Program-made: the position numbers and the translations under genes
From: an uncultured Nitrososphaerales archaeon
GTDB taxonomy: Archaea; Thermoproteota; Nitrososphaeria; Nitrososphaerales; Nitrososphaeraceae
DNA length: 64,000 bases
Reading direction: 5' to 3'
Assembly: GCA_963713605.1 (NCBI GenBank)
Contig: CAVQMO010000004.1
Location: 1-64,000 of the forward strand
Shown: positions 59,421 to 64,000 of the stretch, in pieces
Layout: every line of letters begins with the position of its first letter
How positions within the stretch are numbered: position 1 is the first letter of the stretch
The notes under the pieces: generated by a model
Database searches by the model: none
Told to the model about the DNA's origin: nothing
What the model saw: only the letters and a program-made list of their open reading frames with translations

Positions 59421-60058
59421 AAGTTTGGAATCCCCTATATAATTGCTGATGGTGGAGAGACATTTGGTAACTAAAGCAGAATAGTAACTTTATAAAAAGT
59501 AGGTAGGGCAGCCGTTGAGAGGATATAACACTTACAGCGGCTTATTACCACTACCCACTTATAAGAGTCTTATTATGGACACCTTGCATTAGTAATATCC
59601 AGGTTAAATAATTTTTTATAGGACAGGCAAGCAGACAACCTACCTGCCGTGTTGTTCTACTTGTATGAGGGTAGTCCAGTTATGGACATTCATAATAAAT
59701 ACCCGTTTTATTAATTTATTGAAACGATCTTCACTGATCTTCATTACTTCTTTGCAGGACTCGCAAAACATATGCTCGTAGGAAGATTCTATTATATGGC
59801 TATTTAATCTCTATGACAACGGAAGACCAGATGACTCCAGTAGTCAGTGTAACTGAAGGTCATCGTTTTCATAGGTTTTAAAGGATTGAGAATTAATAAA
59901 TATATATTTTGATATTCTTACTTATATTTATAATAAATTTATGAGATATACATTGCTATTATACTCGGTCATGCATTCAAGGTCAAAACAAACAAAATAT
60001 TATCCATAACTATGTTTTTATGTCCTTTAATAGTTTCTATTGAAGGTAAAGGATTCGA

Positions 60059-60601
60059 ATGGATTTCCCTCAAAATCTCGATGGTAATAAAGCAAGTAAT
60101 AAGTATAGTAAACCCCACTCCTTAGACCTGATTGATCTACGAATAATATCTATGCTTTGCAATGACTCAAATACGCCATTTGTTGAAATTGCTAGAAATA
60201 TCGGCATTTCAGATGCAACTGTGCATATGCGAGTAAAAAGGTTGATGGTTGAAGGGATAATACGAAAATTTACTATTGCTCTCAACTATGATGTGATAGG
60301 GTACGATCATCTCGCCTTCTTGGGAATACATACAAAGCCAGGATTTACAGATATAGTTATATCAAAACTTTCATTGTTAGATCCTGTTCTAGAGATACAT
60401 GAGATGTATGGAAGATTTGACCTAATGTTGAAGATACGTGCTAAGAACCTGGAAGACATGAGAAATATTATTGAATATAAAATAAGAAACTTGCCCCACA
60501 TCGTAAAAGTAGAACTCTTAACCGTACTAAAGTCGGTTAAGGAAGAGCAAATCATTCCTCTAGATGCAGAGATTGATGCATTACAAAAAAATATTCTTTG
60601 A
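60059..60601 (+). CDS. Lrp/AsnC transcriptional regulator
   Basis: LDLIDLRII...ISDATVHMRVKRL..EGII, HEMYGRFDL. Confidence 0.92.
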   Translation: MDFPQNLDGNKASNKYSKPHSLDLIDLRIISMLCNDSNTPFVEIARNIGISDATVHMRVKRLMVEGIIRKFTIALNYDVIGYDHLAFLGIHTKPGFTDIVISKLSLLDPVLEIHEMYGRFDLMLKIRAKNLEDMRNIIEYKIRNLPHIVKVELLTVLKSVKEEQIIPLDAEIDALQKNIL

Positions 60602-61239
60602 TATTCTGAATATATCGAATAATAAGATATCCAATCCTGAATGACAGCTTCTGCAAAATAATATGAACTGTCAAAATTGAAGAATATCTCCATAACTTCT
60701 TTACATCTATAACACATCTGTCTCTATGTCTGTCTGTTGGAAAGCGGTGGCGATAAATCCTCTCTTTGATGTTAGTTCAAATTTCTCTGCTTTCAAGTAG
60801 ATTGTTATCTCTCATGTTTTGAAGCACAATCTGACACGGATATGTTTTCTCAAATCTTCATGATTTAACTTTTTTAATTAGAAGTTAATTAAGGAAGAAA
60901 AACAACTAGAGTTATTCGTGAGATGACTTATCTTCATGTTGCTTGTTATAGACGTGAAAAAAGCATTAACAATAATAAATATTTAAACTGGTTTATAATC
61001 ACAATATTAACTTGAATGCAACGTCAGATCTCACGAAAGACCGAACAAGAAACACTTTTCTTTTATTATTTCAGTCTAATATATAAAGAAAAAGGGCAGG
61101 TTACAAGCCTCAAATAACGTTTAGCAGAACAGCTAATCAAGATCCAATTGGTACGTACATTGTTTCAAAGCATAACATGTTACCCGCTATACTTTCTTTC
61201 CCTTACTAACTTATTAGGTGGAAAATTCATTGTGTAATT

Positions 61240-61629
61240 ATGCCTACTATAGTGCATTTTGAAATTCCTTCAGACGATGTTGAAAGATCAAAAAAATTCT
61301 ACAATGGCTTGTTTGGTTGGAATATCGAAAAAGTGTCACCAGAAAAGTTGCCAGAAGGAGTCGAATATTGGGCGATAACCACTACAGATCACAATGGAAA
61401 TAATGCTGTCGCAGGTGGGATGATGAAGAGAATGATGCCAGAACAACAGGGAATAACAAATTATATTGATGTCAAATCAGTTGAGGAGTATTCTTCCAAG
61501 GTAGAGAAACTAGGGGGCAAAGTTAGAATGCCAAAAATGGCAGTGCCTGGTATGGGCTATTTGGCAGTATGTTCAGATACAGAAAATAATACATTTGGTT
61601 TATGGGAGAATGATACTACAGCCAAATGA
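61240..61629 (+). CDS. VOC/glyoxalase family protein
   Basis: VHFEIPSDDVERSKKFYNGLFGW...GGKV...DTENNTFGLWE. Confidence 0.92.
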   Translation: MPTIVHFEIPSDDVERSKKFYNGLFGWNIEKVSPEKLPEGVEYWAITTTDHNGNNAVAGGMMKRMMPEQQGITNYIDVKSVEEYSSKVEKLGGKVRMPKMAVPGMGYLAVCSDTENNTFGLWENDTTAK

Positions 61630-62127
61630 GTACTCATAAGTTTTCCCGTTCCCCACCACTAGGATAGCTATCCTACTCTTCATATATCAATGGTTTTATT
61701 GGAACCATCATCTTTTGTATCCTTAATCTGGTAAATATATCAGCTGAGTACTCCATTTTCATTTTCATTTTCAATAGCTATCCCTAATTCTTGTGATAAT
61801 GCAGCTTTTCCCTCTCCTGCACTAATTATATTATTTGTGTATTTTGGTAGTCTATAAATTTCAAGTTCCTTGATAATGGTACAAAATCCTTACTATCACT
61901 AAAATCTTTCACAATGGATTCTGGATACTTTGGAGCTTCTGGTTGTTAGCGAGTATTCTTCTCTTTTTTGTATCTTTAGATCATAATTGTAATAACGTAA
62001 CGTAGATTGCATCCTTTTCTATTTCTAACTCTTTTTGTGCTTCTCCTGATTCCTTTGGTAATCTCTATAGCCCTATGATAGTCCATCTACTACCATTCCC
62101 ATACCTTTGAAGAGCCAGAAAAAATTC

Positions 62128-62970
62128 CTAGCTATATGGAAGTCCTGAAGAGAATTCTTGTAGATTTGTTGCTAAGGTGGGCAAATCCATACCAGCTGTT
62201 GTCCATACGATCAATGTTTGTTCATCACCTGTTCCACTTTGGCCTCCTCTAAGATCTTTGAAGTTATGCGTGCTGTCTATGGTGAAACCTCTGCTCTCAA
62301 GATCAGTAGTGTACGTCTGAATATCTTGTGTAGGAACCATTAGTATTCCGACAGTATCGCCTGAACTTTGAGTATTATCTGACAATGATGATGATGGTGA
62401 TGATGATGATTGAATCTGATCTACTACTTGAATATCCCCGTTCATTACAAATCCTTCTTCATAATCTTCAGTGTCCGTATAATGATAGTTACCTGTACCA
62501 TTAAGAGCTAAACTCCTTACTTCAAATTGTGGAAATACACCAGTTTCATGCACAGTTCCACCGGTTGAATTATTGGTAACTACAAGATTATGGTCATGGC
62601 CTACATCGCTATTGAACCAAACAATATTTGTTCCTTTATTTACAATTGCATTTTGAGGGATAAATGGTTGATCTAGGAATCTATCTTCATCTGCTTGAGG
62701 GCCATGATGTCCTTCATTTGGTATTAGAACGACAAGATTCTTAACATTATTCCCAAGTATCATTTGTTGAGTATTAAATATAGAGGATGCATTATTATTT
62801 GGAACTTGGTTTGTATTGGTAATAGTATTAGATTGAATTGTAGCAAATGACTGATCGATTATTTCGAGCGGCATCAGAAAAATTGAAAGCGTAGTTAACA
62901 TAACCATAACTAAGGCTAAATTTATACACGCTATTTTAGATATCATTATATTTTCACTTTTTAGAGGCAT
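62128..62970 (-). CDS. Secreted cupredoxin-fold protein
   Basis: Signal/TM segment, FIPQNAIVNKGTNIVWFNSDVGHDHN, GNYHY...MNGDIQV. Confidence 0.7.
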   Translation of the reverse strand: MPLKSENIMISKIACINLALVMVMLTTLSIFLMPLEIIDQSFATIQSNTITNTNQVPNNNASSIFNTQQMILGNNVKNLVVLIPNEGHHGPQADEDRFLDQPFIPQNAIVNKGTNIVWFNSDVGHDHNLVVTNNSTGGTVHETGVFPQFEVRSLALNGTGNYHYTDTEDYEEGFVMNGDIQVVDQIQSSSSPSSSLSDNTQSSGDTVGILMVPTQDIQTYTTDLESRGFTIDSTHNFKDLRGGQSGTGDEQTLIVWTTAGMDLPTLATNLQEFSSGLPYS

Positions 62971-62992
62971 AATCCTTTATATAAGCTGTGTA

Positions 62993-63262
62993 GTGTCGTC
63001 AATTAGTGTTAGTTCATTCCTTCCATTAGAATGGGACGTGAGGCTTGTGAAAGCTGGGGCCTATACTGTCGCTGTTCTCTTTAATAGCAATGGCGATTTA
63101 GTTACATCTCCTGTCGTGAGTTCCAAAATATCTTTGACCGTGAGTCCAAAACTCAATCTCAATCCAGGAAATGTTTATCTAATTACTTTTGGAGTTCCTG
63201 CAGTATTAGTGGCCGTACTAGGGTCTATTAATCACCTGCGTTCCAAGAAGATCGGTTTTTAG
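62993..63262 (+). pseudogene. C-terminal fragment of a membrane-anchored beta-sandwich protein
   Basis: LEWDVRLVKAGAYTVAV followed by a C-terminal TM. There is no room for an N-terminus. Confidence 0.45.
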
Positions 63263-63321
63263 TTTTAGAATGTGGAAATACACTATTTTATTTCGTCCCA
63301 TAGTAGCTATTTGATGCTTAC

Positions 63322-63924
63322 CTAGACGGATTTTTTTCTTATCCTGTAATATTTAAGAACGACCACCCCAACTGCGGCCAGTATTAACATGATGCCTACA
63401 ATATCAAAAATATTAGAATAATCATCATAGAATCTAATCCATGCTTTTCCTGTAAAAAATCCGATCAACGTCAATAATAGACTCCATATACACGAACCAA
63501 CAAAAGTGCAAAAGGTAAACTTAATGATATTCATTCTTGCAATGCCTGCGGGTATGGAGATTAGTTCGCGAATTCCAGGCGCCATTCTTCCTAATAATAC
63601 TGCCAATTCGCCATGATTATCAAACCATGACTTTGTTCTTACTATATCCGATTCAGAGAGTAAATGATACCGTTTACCAATTTTAAGTATAGTAGGCTCA
63701 CCGATCGTTAAAGCAACATAATAGATAATTAGGGCTCCAACGGTTGAACCTAGCGCTCCAACAATGGCCATCCCAACTGTCGCAAGTATCCCAAGATTAT
63801 TTGTATAGGCTGCTAATCCTGCAAGTGGAAAGATTAATTCGCTGGGAATCGGAGGAATAAGGTTTTCTAGGAGAGCTGGCAGCAAATATGGCAGGATAGC
63901 CAAAATTAGCAATCCAATTAGCAA
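63322..63924 (-). CDS. DedA-family membrane protein
   Basis: LENLIPPIPSELI, GRMAPGIRELISIPAG. Confidence 0.92.
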   Translation of the reverse strand: MLIGLLILAILPYLLPALLENLIPPIPSELIFPLAGLAAYTNNLGILATVGMAIVGALGSTVGALIIYYVALTIGEPTILKIGKRYHLLSESDIVRTKSWFDNHGELAVLLGRMAPGIRELISIPAGIARMNIIKFTFCTFVGSCIWSLLLTLIGFFTGKAWIRFYDDYSNIFDIVGIMLILAAVGVVVLKYYRIRKKSV

Positions 63925-64000
63925 TGGTTTCTATTATGTTGCCGAATAGACCGTTTCCGTCAGATTTTGATGCTATAATGAGAAAGGTTACTGGTAGCGA

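Overview
AT-rich archaeal DNA, most consistent with a soil ammonia-oxidising archaeon (Nitrososphaeraceae). This is inferred from PolD, CdvA, GGGP synthase, F420-dependent PNPOx/PPOX genes and many small wHTH genes. About 1-14.1 kb is core chromosome: glyA 3' end, polC (DP2), GGGPS, a replication origin with ORB repeats, cdc6/orc1, polB (DP1), PAC2, cdvA and acs. About 14.2-64 kb is a mosaic accessory region with gene fragments, dispersed and segmental duplications, integrase N-terminal remnants, a cdc48 and a stand-alone Mre11/Rad50-like pair. Frameshifts occur even in essential genes, so many are probably sequencing indels and pseudogene calls are uncertain. The main candidates for undescribed biology are: (1) a ~250-bp-period array of a probable pseudoknotted non-coding RNA at 56.9-57.5 kb, with covarying pairs and dispersed copies; (2) a dense GTGAT/ATCAC motif cluster overlapping a membrane-anchored wHTH gene beside oriC; (3) a duplicated cassette encoding a secreted poly-Ala/Gly/Ser, Asp/His/Cys-tailed protein plus an Ig-like partner; (4) an accessory Mre11-Rad50 pair with altered motifs. 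All family calls come from motif recognition by eye, with no database searches.
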